Shown: one piece after another, positions 47,501 through 57,662 of the stretch | Position numbering within the stretch: position 1 is the first letter of the stretch | Layout: every line of letters begins with the position of its first letter | Source: Escherichia phage phiEC1 | Sequence record: KY608965.1 | DNA length: 64,000 bases | Direction: 5' to 3' (one strand) | Notes under the pieces: generated by a model | The model's database searches: none | What the model saw: only the letters and a program-made list of their open reading frames with translations | What the model was told of the DNA's origin: nothing | Translations under genes and position numbers: made by a program

Positions 47501-47773
47501 TTAACAAGTGTGAGAAGATGCAACCCAACCGCCATCTTCAAGGCTCAGGTTGTAGTCGTATTGGTAAACGTCGGCCCATTCAGCATAGCCGTTTTTTGTA
47601 CAACGTTCAAGATCGGCTTTAAGCTGTCCGGGTGAATGATAGGTTCCACCCATACCATAAGCTGGATACAAGTCGAATGTTGTGTTTTGTTTATCAGCAA
47701 TTTCTTTGGCAGCCTCAATAGCTGCATAGATTTTTGCTACAGCTTCAGCCAGCTCGGTTTGTTCTTTAGACAT
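47501..47773 (-). CDS. hypothetical protein, tandem paralog A
   Basis: 90 aa; C-terminus GGWVASSHTC. Confidence 0.5.
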   Translation of the reverse strand: MSKEQTELAEAVAKIYAAIEAAKEIADKQNTTFDLYPAYGMGGTYHSPGQLKADLERCTKNGYAEWADVYQYDYNLSLEDGGWVASSHTC

Positions 47774-47782
47774 AATGATTCC

Positions 47783-48088
47783 TTAGCACAACGCAGAAGA
47801 CGAAACCCAAGCACCTTCAGTAATAACGTAACCATTACCTTCACGCTTAACATCGCCACCATTATTTTCAATTTCATTTTTCATCCACTGAGATACGATT
47901 TCACCCTTAGGATAATAAGTACGACCGCTACCATAATCACCTACAGAAAATGATACGGCATATTGGTCTGCGATCTTTGTTGCTTCTTCTTCGATACGTT
48001 CAGCTTGATTTAGAAGTTTATAAATTGCATCTGAAGCGGATTTGGCATCATTAAACTCTGGTACTTTAATTTCAATAATCTTACTCAT
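47783..48088 (-). CDS. hypothetical protein, tandem paralog B
   Basis: 101 aa; C-terminus GAWVSSSALC; shared MSK...A.A..KI N-terminus. Confidence 0.5.
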   Translation of the reverse strand: MSKIIEIKVPEFNDAKSASDAIYKLLNQAERIEEEATKIADQYAVSFSVGDYGSGRTYYPKGEIVSQWMKNEIENNGGDVKREGNGYVITEGAWVSSSALC

Positions 48089-48444
48089 TTTCTACATTCC
48101 TTAATAAAGTTTTCGATTGTTTCATTTTCACGTCTAGCTAGGAGTTCATTATAACTAATCATTTGAGAAGCGTAAACCTTTTTATTTTTCTTGTTATGGT
48201 TTATAAAATCGTAGTAAAAATAGACTACAGTACAAAAGGATGCTATTGATGCAAAGGCTTGGGTATACCGTAAGTCCTGCCATTGGTCTGTGAATCCACC
48301 AGTGTTACCTATAAATCCTAACACAACGCCGTCAATAAGAAATCCAACTAATCCAAAGGCAAATCCCATGCCGGCGCTCATGATAAAAATTAAAATATTC
48401 TCACCAAGAGAAGGCCATACGGTTAAGAGTTGAGGCTTTTGCAT
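48085..48444 (-). CDS. membrane protein, FI(K/T)ECR C-terminal family
   Basis: TM segments then ...IENFIKECRK. Confidence 0.5.
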   Translation of the reverse strand: MQKPQLLTVWPSLGENILIFIMSAGMGFAFGLVGFLIDGVVLGFIGNTGGFTDQWQDLRYTQAFASIASFCTVVYFYYDFINHNKKNKKVYASQMISYNELLARRENETIENFIKECRK

Positions 48445-48848
48445 CTTATTTCCTTAACGAATTCCATAGCTTCTTCATATTCATACTTTTTAACAGCTTC
48501 ATCATACTGAGCTTGGGCTTTTGCGCACTGAACTTTCCACTCGCGAACTCGAGCTCTGTGATGACGGCCTTGGTGCCAATATCCTGCCCAATTAATAGGC
48601 ATTAATAAAAACGGTACAATAAGTGGTGCGACGAACATTAATGAAAACGCTGCATCAGACGATATAACTTTATTGGAATCTAAAATAGCTCCTATAATCA
48701 TAAAGATTAAAAATGCTAAAGCTAAAATAGGGCCAAATAGTACTTCGTTTGGGATTAATTTACGTTTGTATTCGTATGCCCAGGGCTTAATTGGCATGTA
48801 CAGGGTTGGCTTTGACATATTCTCTACATTCCATAATAAATTGCTCAA
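48423..48848 (-). CDS. membrane protein (related C-terminal EFVKEIRCK)
   Basis: 141 aa, 2 TM segments. Confidence 0.5.
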   Translation of the reverse strand: MSNLLWNVENMSKPTLYMPIKPWAYEYKRKLIPNEVLFGPILALAFLIFMIIGAILDSNKVISSDAAFSLMFVAPLIVPFLLMPINWAGYWHQGRHHRARVREWKVQCAKAQAQYDEAVKKYEYEEAMEFVKEIRCKSLNS

Positions 48849-49389
48849 GGATTAAATTGTTAGTGAAATTAGGACTAACAACCATAGTTTCATAAAGCGC
48901 ATCAATAGCACTTAAAGCATCAACTCTTTTAAGCAAAGGCTCGCCTTCATACATAGTTTCAGAATCGACGATTAACGTAAAGTAATATTTTTTATTATCG
49001 ACTAGAACTTCAGTATCGATATAAAACATATTAGACCTCAGAAGCTTATCTCTAAAACCATAATAATCTTCAGAGCGTTCGCTGATATATTCCCATTCAG
49101 TGTTTAAACAACAAACAGACCATGTAGGAGCAACAAAATCGGTGAATCTAATATCATGGTCTGCAACTAGTTTAGCAATAGCTCCGATATCATGAATCAT
49201 AATACCTGGGGCTAATAAAGATTTTCTGCTATGGCCAGCCGTTTTCTCAGTGGTCTCATAAGAAGCTGACCAGTACCATTTACGTCCAGTTGCAACATAT
49301 CGTAATGAATCAACTAAAGACGTAGGTGGATTTACCTTATTTCGGAACTCTTCGAACATTGAGTCAATATCATTATTTTGGTTTCGCAT
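48787..49389 (-). CDS. hypothetical protein
   Basis: Start MRNQNNDIDSM with SD AAGGAG. Confidence 0.5.
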   Translation of the reverse strand: MRNQNNDIDSMFEEFRNKVNPPTSLVDSLRYVATGRKWYWSASYETTEKTAGHSRKSLLAPGIMIHDIGAIAKLVADHDIRFTDFVAPTWSVCCLNTEWEYISERSEDYYGFRDKLLRSNMFYIDTEVLVDNKKYYFTLIVDSETMYEGEPLLKRVDALSAIDALYETMVVSPNFTNNLILEQFIMECREYVKANPVHAN

Positions 49390-49404
49390 GTTAACTCCTT
49401 TATT

Positions 49405-49430
49405 ATCCAAAAGGAGGACAAAAGTCCTCC
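49405..49430 (-). terminator. rho-independent terminator
   Basis: GGAGGAC-UUUU-GUCCUCC hairpin followed by UUUUGG. Confidence 0.6.
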
Positions 49431-49438
49431 GTATTATT

Positions 49439-50047
49439 TTATTTCAAAGAGTTAATATATTCTTGTACATCAGCAGAAGTGGTTTCGACACCAGCTGGAG
49501 TGCCATTGAACGTTTCAACACGAGTCAGAGTGTCTTCGATATCAACCTTAGTCAGTGCAGCGATTTCAATTACATCATCGGCCGTAGAGATACCAAGGGC
49601 ATTAGCTGCTCGAGTTTCACGAATGTATTCGAGTTTGATTGCCAGATTCTGACGAGCATCGTCAAGTTCAACAACCTTACGAGCAATTTCAATTCGCATA
49701 GCGGCATACCCGTCAGCTTTTGTATTAAGTTGTTCGGCCGTTCGACGATACAGAAGACCAAGCTTAGCATGCATGGTAACATCTTGTCCTTCAGCCAGGA
49801 GCTTACGAATTTCACGTTCCTTAGAAGCGGCTTGCTTGTTCTTTTCATTAACAAGTTCGCGAATACGTTTTTCTTCATTAATAGATTTAACAGAAGCCGT
49901 TTTTAGTTCTTTGATTTGGGTAATCAACTTATCTGCAGCTGCGTTATACTGTTCTTCGACAGTCAGATTTTTAGCCATAGCAGTACTCAGTTTAGTGCGG
50001 ATGAATTCAACAAGTTTCTTCAGTGTGTTCATATTATTACCTTTCAA
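49439..50047 (-). CDS. coiled-coil protein
   Basis: 202 aa, long helical heptad-like sequence. Confidence 0.55.
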   Translation of the reverse strand: MKGNNMNTLKKLVEFIRTKLSTAMAKNLTVEEQYNAAADKLITQIKELKTASVKSINEEKRIRELVNEKNKQAASKEREIRKLLAEGQDVTMHAKLGLLYRRTAEQLNTKADGYAAMRIEIARKVVELDDARQNLAIKLEYIRETRAANALGISTADDVIEIAALTKVDIEDTLTRVETFNGTPAGVETTSADVQEYINSLK

Positions 50048-50102
50048 TTGGTGGTTTATTATCCAATGAGAGCATTATACTCTGCTCTCAAGAGTTTGTA
50101 AA

Positions 50103-50330
50103 TTATTTTTTAATCAAATTGACATAAAACTCGGCGTCTTCCGGGTGCATGCCTTCACAGTATTCTTCAACCATGAACTTCTTAACGGCTTCATAAGGAC
50201 CACTCAGATTAAGCTCAGTTGTCCAGAACTTGGAATCTTGGACTGAATCGATACGAACTTCAGGGTGACGGTTGCGAATAACTTCTTCGGTGTATTCATA
50301 ATCAACAACATCAATACTAACTGTAGCCAT
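50103..50330 (-). CDS. hypothetical acidic protein
   Basis: 75-aa ORF. Confidence 0.45.
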   Translation of the reverse strand: MATVSIDVVDYEYTEEVIRNRHPEVRIDSVQDSKFWTTELNLSGPYEAVKKFMVEEYCEGMHPEDAEFYVNLIKK

Positions 50331-50350
50331 TTTGTTTCTCCTCTTGATTT

Positions 50351-50389
50351 GATGTGATTACTATAACATAAACTTACTTAGATGTAAAT
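50351..50389 (-). promoter_or_regulatory. early promoter cassette
   Basis: ATTTACATC...TTATAGTAATC. Confidence 0.4.
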
Positions 50390-50542
50390 TATTTCAACGT
50401 CACCTTTAGCGGCTTTATAACCTTCAGCCCAAGATACAACAGAGTTTTTATCTGAGGATTCAAATTCAGGCATTGGACTTTCACCAATATTCACACAATA
50501 TGTTTCTTCATTTTCATCGAACCAAATAATTAAAGTAGTCAT
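50378..50542 (-). CDS. hypothetical small protein (54 aa), not in ORF track
   Basis: MTTLIIWFDENEETYCVNIGESPMPEFESSDKNSVVSWAEGYKAAKGDVEIIYI. Confidence 0.3.
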   Translation of the reverse strand: MTTLIIWFDENEETYCVNIGESPMPEFESSDKNSVVSWAEGYKAAKGDVEIIYI

Positions 50543-50560
50543 TTTGTTTACTCCTCTGTA

Positions 50561-50593
50561 GTTGATAAGTTTATAGTATCACCGTCCTTGGTG
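50561..50593 (-). promoter_or_regulatory. early promoter cassette
   Basis: ATGTACAAGCACCAAGGACGGTGATACTATAAACTTATC. Confidence 0.4.
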
Positions 50594-50610
50594 CTTGTAC
50601 ATCATTATTT

Positions 50611-50943
50611 TTAATTTTTCCAACTTAACAACTTGTAGTGTCCTTCATTAACACGTGGTTTATCCCAAGAAATACTAATATATGATTCACTGTCAATAGA
50701 AGTCGCCGGGTTTTTCTCTACCGTAAGACCTTCACTTTCCAGCCATTCAATAGTATTTGCGCATAAATCAGAAGAACACCTCATTGGAAACCGGCAAGAT
50801 TTTTCACCTTTAGCTGCAGTGTTATACATCTTTTCTAAAATACGCTTTTGCACGTTTTTAAAAATAGTTTCAGCAGATTCTTCAGATTTTTTATTCAGTT
50901 CGGTATAAAGACTCATAACATTCTTCTCATTAATAGTGCTCAT
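50611..50943 (-). CDS. hypothetical protein
   Basis: 110-aa ORF. Confidence 0.5.
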   Translation of the reverse strand: MSTINEKNVMSLYTELNKKSEESAETIFKNVQKRILEKMYNTAAKGEKSCRFPMRCSSDLCANTIEWLESEGLTVEKNPATSIDSESYISISWDKPRVNEGHYKLLSWKN

Positions 50944-50973
50944 AATATCTCAATCATAAGCCCGTGTAAACAA

Positions 50974-51249
50974 TTATTTCATATTATTGAAATAATCTTC
51001 CGCATCAAAATCGTTATCATGGTAAACTTTGGTAGACGATTTGGCGTAGCCTTCAGCAGAGAACATATTAATCACAACTTTAATTGTATACCACTGTCCA
51101 TCTTCATTACCCATTACTGCATAGGTTTCATACACCGGGTGTTCAGGTCCAATAACTTTAATATCATTCACTGTACGTCCGAAATCTTCTGGAACGCATT
51201 TCATAAAGAAGTTGAACAGTTCACCGTAATTATCCATTTCATTCTCCAA
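50974..51249 (-). CDS. hypothetical protein
   Basis: 91-aa ORF. Confidence 0.5.
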   Translation of the reverse strand: MENEMDNYGELFNFFMKCVPEDFGRTVNDIKVIGPEHPVYETYAVMGNEDGQWYTIKVVINMFSAEGYAKSSTKVYHDNDFDAEDYFNNMK

Positions 51250-51270
51250 GTTTTTTCTGTATCGGTAGTT

Positions 51271-51309
51271 GATAGTTGTATAGTACCACGGAAGAACAGG
51301 GATGTAAAC
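51271..51309 (-). promoter_or_regulatory. early promoter cassette
   Basis: GTTTACA-17-TACTATACAACTATC. Confidence 0.45.
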
Positions 51310-51444
51310 AGTTTTGTGAAAAAATTTTTAAAAAGTTTTGTGGAATTCTAGGGCAGGGAGAGGAAATTAAAAAGTAGGATAATATATTATAAAGGGTATA
51401 AACTAAATGATGTGCCTAGAGAGGCCCTGAAAGGCCTAGATACC

Positions 51445-51472
51445 AAAAAGCCCCAACCTTTCGGAAGGGGCT
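51445..51472 (-). terminator. rho-independent terminator
   Basis: AGCCCC-UUCCGAAAGGUU-GGGGCU followed by U5. Confidence 0.7.
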
Positions 51473-51480
51473 ATACCTTG

Positions 51481-51770
51481 TCGGGGTTCCACCTGCAAGG
51501 CAAGTGTTTGTACGAAACGCCGGGATTCGAACCCGGTTATTGAGTAGTTGACGCTACTCAATATTTTTAAAAGGCCATATCTCGACCATATCCGAACATT
51601 CCGTCAAAAACGCTACTCGGCTTACGGCAAAGATATTTCCTCGAATCGATAATTCGGTGCGCCGTTTCTGCTGTGATGTAAGGGGATATTAACGAATCAT
51701 AAAGATTTATTAAGACCAGTCCTTAATCAGGGAACATCAGTCCGACGACTTGCCGGTAGCGACCCGGCTT
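51481..51770 (-). other. non-coding region with tRNA-like 3' module (possible stable small RNA or tRNA remnant)
   Basis: No ORF; canonical T-arm CCGGG-TTCGAAT-CCCGG near 51520-51536 preceded by 9-bp hairpin, but no acceptor-stem partner. Confidence 0.3.
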
Positions 51771-51771
51771 C

Positions 51772-52116
51772 TTATTTTGACATATCATCAATTTGTTCTC
51801 TACGTCTACGCCATAGATTAATTACTTCATCAACACATTCGGCGTTTGATATATGACGGCAATAATATAATGATTCGCGTTTCTGGAACCGATGTTGCAA
51901 TGGGATTTCGTTTAAAAGGTCTTTACGGTCAAAGTATTCAAAACTAGTTAACCCAGAACGGTTTTTAAGGAACTTCCAATGACCAAATTCATTTTGAACA
52001 TAGACGTAATCGGCATGCTGATACAGCGAATTAATTAACCTATTGGAAATAACTGTTTCACGTTCGTTAAAATAAAACGTTAAATCATGAACTACCAGAT
52101 AAACATTGCCTTTCAT
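51772..52116 (-). CDS. hypothetical protein
   Basis: Start MKGNVYLVVHD with SD GAGGAAAA; track ORF N-terminus would overlap tRNA. Confidence 0.5.
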   Translation of the reverse strand: MKGNVYLVVHDLTFYFNERETVISNRLINSLYQHADYVYVQNEFGHWKFLKNRSGLTSFEYFDRKDLLNEIPLQHRFQKRESLYYCRHISNAECVDEVINLWRRRREQIDDMSK

Positions 52117-52134
52117 ATTTTCCTCACTTAAAGT

Positions 52135-52211
<77 letters not shown>

Positions 52212-52217
52212 AATATA

Positions 52218-52291
52218 TGACCCAGACCAGATTCGAACTGGTAACCTTTCCCTTATGAGGGGACTGCTGCTAACCATTGAGCTACAGGGCC
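52218..52291 (-). tRNA. tRNA with CAT anticodon (Met or lysidine-type Ile)
   Basis: Hand-folded: T arm ACCAG-TTCGAAT-CTGGT, anticodon loop CTCATAA, D-loop with GG; one acceptor-stem mismatch; 74 nt. Confidence 0.65.
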
Positions 52292-52370
52292 TAAATAACT
52301 TTCTATTATGAAAGGCACTTTAGAGCACCTTTGGTAATAGAGGGTATGAATTAATAATAACACATAATTC

Positions 52371-52886
52371 TTAAAGCAAATCAACCATTTTAACGGTCGG
52401 CAAAACGATTTCTTCTTCAATATAAGCAAATTCGACACGTTCAACTACACGCAAGAAATCGTAATCATAGTATTCAGAAGCATAGCCAAGAATATCAATA
52501 AGACCTTGAGATATCTCATCGCCTTTCACAAAGAACAGGTCGAATACACGTGATTCATCTTCTTCAGATTTATTACCGAGGTCGACTTCGATACCAAAGA
52601 CCTTTTTAATGAATTCCGGATAAAGCTGGTCTGAGAACAGTCCTTCAACCAAGTATTCATAGATTAAAAGCGAGCAATCACTGAATGGTGTATTACCACA
52701 ATAACGTTCGGCTTTGGTGCTAGAATGACGGCTCTTAAATTTCTTCAAGAGATATTTAAACTGTTGGAGCTCATGCTCTTCCACTTCAAACAATGTTTTG
52801 GTTTTATAGTTGTCACCATCATTTTCATAGGTAGTGACATCAATTACGTAACCCTTAGGAATTGTACTGCCTAAACAAATATTCAT
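52371..52886 (-). CDS. hypothetical protein
   Basis: 171-aa ORF. Confidence 0.55.
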   Translation of the reverse strand: MNICLGSTIPKGYVIDVTTYENDGDNYKTKTLFEVEEHELQQFKYLLKKFKSRHSSTKAERYCGNTPFSDCSLLIYEYLVEGLFSDQLYPEFIKKVFGIEVDLGNKSEEDESRVFDLFFVKGDEISQGLIDILGYASEYYDYDFLRVVERVEFAYIEEEIVLPTVKMVDLL

Positions 52887-52890
52887 TTAC

Positions 52891-53181
52891 TCACCGTACC
52901 ATATTAATGTAATTATATTCAATGCAACGTAATTTCAAAGGATTCTTGAAAATATCATATTCAAGAGGACCTTTTTCTGTTTCAATAAAGAAATCAAAGT
53001 TCACACTATTAAATTTGCGGTCTTCCCAAAGTAATTTAACCTGTGAAGATGAACGGTCGATGTAAACCTTTTCAACTTCAAAGTGGGTCAAAATACCATA
53101 GTAATCGACTAGTGCTTTAGCTGCAGCTCGGTCGCTTTCATATCCATTCTCAACGGATTTTACCTTAGCATAAAGAATCAT
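52891..53181 (-). CDS. hypothetical protein
   Basis: 96-aa ORF. Confidence 0.5.
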   Translation of the reverse strand: MILYAKVKSVENGYESDRAAAKALVDYYGILTHFEVEKVYIDRSSSQVKLLWEDRKFNSVNFDFFIETEKGPLEYDIFKNPLKLRCIEYNYINMVR

Positions 53182-53558
53182 GAATGTTCCACCATTTCAA
53201 AGGTATGAGCATCAACAATATGATACCAGTCAAAATTTTCTTCTGCGTTTTTATAAATTTCGCGAAGAGCCTCAACAGTTTTTCCTGTAGCAACAAGGTC
53301 GTCAATACCACCAAGAGGATAACAGTCATAACCAGCAAACAGAAGGAAATTAATAGTTTCTGTAGGTTCTGGATACAGAACTCCGTTATCGTCTACCACT
53401 TCAAAGAAAGTGTAAGAAGGAGTACAAGTTTTAATCCAGGCCCATGCTTGAGCTGCTGAATCAAACGGATTACGGAATAAACGACAATCCGGGTCTTTAG
53501 AAGGATTTGCTTCAAAATCAGCATATACATGATATTTCATTTTACTCACCTTTTGCAA
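53178..53558 (-). CDS. hypothetical protein
   Basis: 126-aa ORF. Confidence 0.5.
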   Translation of the reverse strand: MQKVSKMKYHVYADFEANPSKDPDCRLFRNPFDSAAQAWAWIKTCTPSYTFFEVVDDNGVLYPEPTETINFLLFAGYDCYPLGGIDDLVATGKTVEALREIYKNAEENFDWYHIVDAHTFEMVEHS

Positions 53559-53748
53559 TTTTATCCATAACGATAGCGATTAAGCCGATTAGAAATGCTA
53601 CTACCAATGAGATAGAATTTTCTGTTGTTGTCAGTAGTCCACAAATGAATCCTACAAACATCGAAAAACTAAAAGCCATTGAAGCAATTACTACAGCAAC
53701 ATTACGAATCAGTTCAGCGCGTTTCATTTTATTTCTCCATTTACTCAT
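53542..53748 (-). CDS. small membrane protein
   Basis: 68 aa, two hydrophobic helices. Confidence 0.45.
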   Translation of the reverse strand: MSKWRNKMKRAELIRNVAVVIASMAFSFSMFVGFICGLLTTTENSISLVVAFLIGLIAIVMDKIAKGE

Positions 53749-53755
53749 TTGATTT

Positions 53756-53783
53756 GATAGGACTACTATAACATAGTCCTATC
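53756..53783 (-). repeat. palindromic early-promoter element, copy 4
   Basis: GATAGGACTACTATAACATAGTCCTATC; GTAAAC at 53789-53794. Confidence 0.55.
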
Positions 53784-53797
53784 AGCATGTAAACTAC

Positions 53798-54085
53798 TTA
53801 TAGAAGAGTTTTTGCAATAATTTTAAGCTGAGCTACAGAAATATGCTTAGCTTTAAACAGTGCAGTCTCTTCAGCCGGAGAGATAACAATAGTAGCGCCA
53901 TCTTTCTTAGCAGACCATCCATCCCCTAAGTAAACAGTACCTTTTACTTCTTCACCATCAACCAGACTAATCATTGGTTTACCCTCACGTCCTTTATTTG
54001 TTTTAATAACTTCAGAAGTAAGGGATGCTTCGGTCAGAGTAGAAACGTTAGCAACAGGTGATATAAATTCTTTATAGGTTTTCAT
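53798..54085 (-). CDS. internal protein I-like (capsid-targeted), ipI locus
   Basis: MKTYKEFISPVANV... CTS-like leader; position next to 57B as T4 ipI. Confidence 0.65.
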   Translation of the reverse strand: MKTYKEFISPVANVSTLTEASLTSEVIKTNKGREGKPMISLVDGEEVKGTVYLGDGWSAKKDGATIVISPAEETALFKAKHISVAQLKIIAKTLL

Positions 54086-54110
54086 TTTATTTCCTTGAGG
54101 CTGTTTATTT

Positions 54111-54150
54111 GATAGGATGATAGTAACACACCATCATCCTTATGTAAACT
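54111..54150 (-). promoter_or_regulatory. early promoter cassette with inverted repeat
   Basis: GTTTACATAAGGATGATGGTGTGTTACTATCATCCTATC. Confidence 0.45.
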
Positions 54151-54162
54151 GTTTTGTAAAAA

Positions 54163-54848
<686 letters not shown>

Positions 54849-54852
54849 TTTA

Positions 54853-55587
54853 TTACCTTAAGATTGTTTCAATTTTAGAATAAAGCTCTTCTAAAGAGCT
54901 GTCGTTTGTAATAACTAAATCGCCTTCTTCAATAGGCAACCCAGCTTCTGTAATATGTTTATCGGTGGATTCCGTACCAGAGCGAACCACATGAATAACT
55001 GTAGCACCCATCGCTCTAGCGGTTTCCATTTCATGGACTTGACGTGTATCGGTTACGACATAGTAATCGAAATCACTTCCAATATAATCCATATAGTTTA
55101 ATGCAAAAAGTTTAACCCAATACATACGGTCAAATAAATTAACGACAACATCCGTACCGAGGGCTTGCATAAGACGGCGGATTGACCATGTGTCGTTGAT
55201 ATTATTTATAGCTTCACGCAGGGCTTCATATGGTTTAATATCTAGATACGAATATCCACCTTCTAACGATGATAATACTTTAACATTATTAATTGGTAAA
55301 TATTGACTTTGCAAATAAATTAGCGCTTCTTCCAATAATTCAATAACATCCAACTTATTGAGATTTAATGGTGTTTCACGGTCATATCCAACGCCTTCAA
55401 AGTATTCATATTTCAACTCTGTGAATACATCAGGATTTTCAGCATGCCTACGTCCCCAGGCTATTGCTAGAGCGTCTTTAATCGGATATGCCAATTGATA
55501 TTTTACGGATTTAAAGTTTGAATTGATGTAATCAGCAGTGGTGTCTTTACCACTACGTTTGATGCCGCTTAAAAAGATTAGCTCCAT
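54853..55587 (-). CDS. 1: deoxynucleoside monophosphate kinase gp1
   Basis: MELIFLSGIKRSGKDTTADYI... matches T4 gp1. Confidence 0.92.
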   Translation of the reverse strand: MELIFLSGIKRSGKDTTADYINSNFKSVKYQLAYPIKDALAIAWGRRHAENPDVFTELKYEYFEGVGYDRETPLNLNKLDVIELLEEALIYLQSQYLPINNVKVLSSLEGGYSYLDIKPYEALREAINNINDTWSIRRLMQALGTDVVVNLFDRMYWVKLFALNYMDYIGSDFDYYVVTDTRQVHEMETARAMGATVIHVVRSGTESTDKHITEAGLPIEEGDLVITNDSSLEELYSKIETILR

Positions 55588-55640
55588 AGGTTTTCCTCAT
55601 ATAATTTATGAGTGATTATAACATACGGAGCTAGAAGCGA

Positions 55641-56225
55641 TTAACGCAAAGAAGGGTGTCTAGAAATGGATTTAGATTCGACCGCTTGACGTGGTTGTTG
55701 AGATACAATGACTTCACCATCTTTTTCTATCGTCATATACGCGTAATGAATAGTTGCTACGCAAGTAACGGCAGGGTCAGAGTCTTCAGTGTAACTAAAT
55801 TCAATTTCACTCAAATCAGAAATCCATGGTTTATAGAAATTTGCTGTCAAAACTACTTCTGTTTTATTGTTGTTTAAAATGTGCAAAGTAACAAACTCAG
55901 GACCATCAGAGTGGGCCGTATTATGGCCGGTTATATAGTTATTAGTGCTGAGCATCCATTTATACATGTTCATCCAGGACGTCATGTCTTCATCAACTAT
56001 AAATCGTACAATAAAAGGGTCATATTCAAATGTGGTGCCTGCACGCATTGCACGTCCTAAACCCATTGTGCCTGTCACAGTTTCAACAACAGGAATTCTC
56101 ACACCTGGCAATGGTGCCGTTTGGGCATTGAGCACAAAACCTGAAGTTCGTGTACTATCCGGGATATCCACAACAAAGTTTGTTATATTTGTTTGGTTAA
56201 AAATCTGTCTCGCTGGACGAGTCAT
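55641..56225 (-). CDS. 3: tail completion / sheath stabilizer gp3
   Basis: T4 synteny; ATG at 56225 (track start is GTG two codons upstream). Confidence 0.75.
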   Translation of the reverse strand: MTRPARQIFNQTNITNFVVDIPDSTRTSGFVLNAQTAPLPGVRIPVVETVTGTMGLGRAMRAGTTFEYDPFIVRFIVDEDMTSWMNMYKWMLSTNNYITGHNTAHSDGPEFVTLHILNNNKTEVVLTANFYKPWISDLSEIEFSYTEDSDPAVTCVATIHYAYMTIEKDGEVIVSQQPRQAVESKSISRHPSLR

Positions 56226-56327
56226 AAGCACCTCAAAAACGCTTTAATAAAAATGCAGTATAATGGTTTTAGGTCTCTTCCATTAATCCGGTTCAACAGA
56301 ATATCAGACGAACGGAAGAGAATAGAA

Positions 56328-57149
56328 TTAAGATTTCCAAACAGTATTTGCAGAGAAACGTTTTCCTTTTGACATAAACTGTTGAGTAGGTAACATGATT
56401 ATGTTAGCCCAGTCTTTAGGAGCTATTTCTGTTATTGTTCCTCTAATGTGACCTGGCAGGTATGCTTTAATCATTTTGTCAGCACCTTGAAATCCTTTCA
56501 CCTTACTCCAGTCTATTTTCAACTTTGTGTTATTAGTAATAGTAGTTGTGCTAGCATATTGCTTCAGCAATTCTTCAAGAAACTGTTGACGTGCTTTAGG
56601 TGGGATATAGTGCAAGTTTAACCCATACATCAAATTATGTTTACCTAATCCTAAATAAATAATCAAAGGATATCGGTCCCAGTATGGCAGAGTATCTTTA
56701 TGTTTAGCATCATAAACGTAAGTATAAATTTTGCCTGGCGTAGGCTTGACTACTTTATGGCCTTTTACACTTTTCTTAATTGTTTCAACAAACCACTTAG
56801 ATGATTTGTTGTTTACTGCTGCGCCTTCATTTCTAATCTTTTCTCGTATTGAACTGCGAAACGAGTTTATCATCAGAAGTTGACGTTCTTGCTTATTGAG
56901 TTTATTTTTAGGTTTAGATTCAAGCGTTTCAATTTTCTGTGCAGTCTTAATAGATGATGCATATCTAGACATTGCAGATGTAAACGACGAGTATTTTATT
57001 CCTTTTGATTCTGCAAATGCTTTTGCAGTGATTCCTTTCTCTTTAGCTTTCTTGTATTCTAATCCTATCTCAATCCATTTTCTTTCATTCATAGACTGAG
57101 CAATCTTAGGGGCTTGTACGCCTTCAGATATAATTTGGAATATGCTCAT
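56328..57149 (-). CDS. 2: DNA end protector gp2
   Basis: 273 aa, T4 gp2-like. Confidence 0.88.
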   Translation of the reverse strand: MSIFQIISEGVQAPKIAQSMNERKWIEIGLEYKKAKEKGITAKAFAESKGIKYSSFTSAMSRYASSIKTAQKIETLESKPKNKLNKQERQLLMINSFRSSIREKIRNEGAAVNNKSSKWFVETIKKSVKGHKVVKPTPGKIYTYVYDAKHKDTLPYWDRYPLIIYLGLGKHNLMYGLNLHYIPPKARQQFLEELLKQYASTTTITNNTKLKIDWSKVKGFQGADKMIKAYLPGHIRGTITEIAPKDWANIIMLPTQQFMSKGKRFSANTVWKS

Positions 57150-57151
57150 AA

Positions 57152-57601
57152 TTACCCCTTGTATCCGAGTTTTCTAAGTCCGTCTTCGGTTAGAACTCGA
57201 AATTTTATATTTCTCTTTTCAGCAACAGCTGAGGCAGCTTTCCATTTGTCACAGTTCACAGACCACGTGTAGATTTCATTCATATAACGTTTCTTAGCCG
57301 CAGTTGTAAGATTCACCGGTTTAATAGGTGGCTGAGTTTCTTTCTTTGGTTTTATTTCTACAAAGAACTCTTGACCTGATGCATCTTTCATCCATATGTC
57401 CATATAGTATCGACGTTTCTTACCTTCAGCATTACAAAAATATGGAATTACTGCTGTTTCACTACCCCATGCAATAATTTCTGGATTTTTATCCAACCAT
57501 TCGAAAAAGAATTTTTCCCAGTTTGAACGATACGTTATTTTGGTATGGTCTCCACGGTATTTTTTTAAATTTTTTGGGACCCATTTACCAGAGTAGGCCA
57601 T
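57152..57601 (-). CDS. 4: head completion protein gp4
   Basis: [36 protein letters not shown]... T4 gp4-like; SD AGGAGG. Confidence 0.9.
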   Translation of the reverse strand: MAYSGKWVPKNLKKYRGDHTKITYRSNWEKFFFEWLDKNPEIIAWGSETAVIPYFCNAEGKKRRYYMDIWMKDASGQEFFVEIKPKKETQPPIKPVNLTTAAKKRYMNEIYTWSVNCDKWKAASAVAEKRNIKFRVLTEDGLRKLGYKG

Positions 57602-57612
57602 GTTGTCCTCCT

Positions 57613-57620
57613 TATAAATA
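57613..57620 (+). promoter_or_regulatory. T4 late promoter TATAAATA (gene 53 operon)
   Basis: Exact TATAAATA about 40 nt upstream of gene 53 start. Confidence 0.6.
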
Positions 57621-57627
57621 GTATTAT

Positions 57628-57635
57628 TATTTATA
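57628..57635 (-). promoter_or_regulatory. T4 late promoter TATAAATA (gene 4 operon)
   Basis: Exact TATAAATA on minus strand about 24 nt upstream of SD AGGAGG of gene 4. Confidence 0.6.
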
Positions 57636-57662
57636 CCAATTTCATATTGGAAGGAGACTATC

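Noticed and set aside
51481-51600. Third tRNA gene at the T-arm-like sequence
   Set aside because: No 5' acceptor-strand partner for the 3' strand within tRNA distance and the putative anticodon loop has 6 nt; kept only as tRNA-like element
52253-52444. 63-aa minus-strand ORF
   Set aside because: Overlaps the CAT-anticodon tRNA; likely spurious
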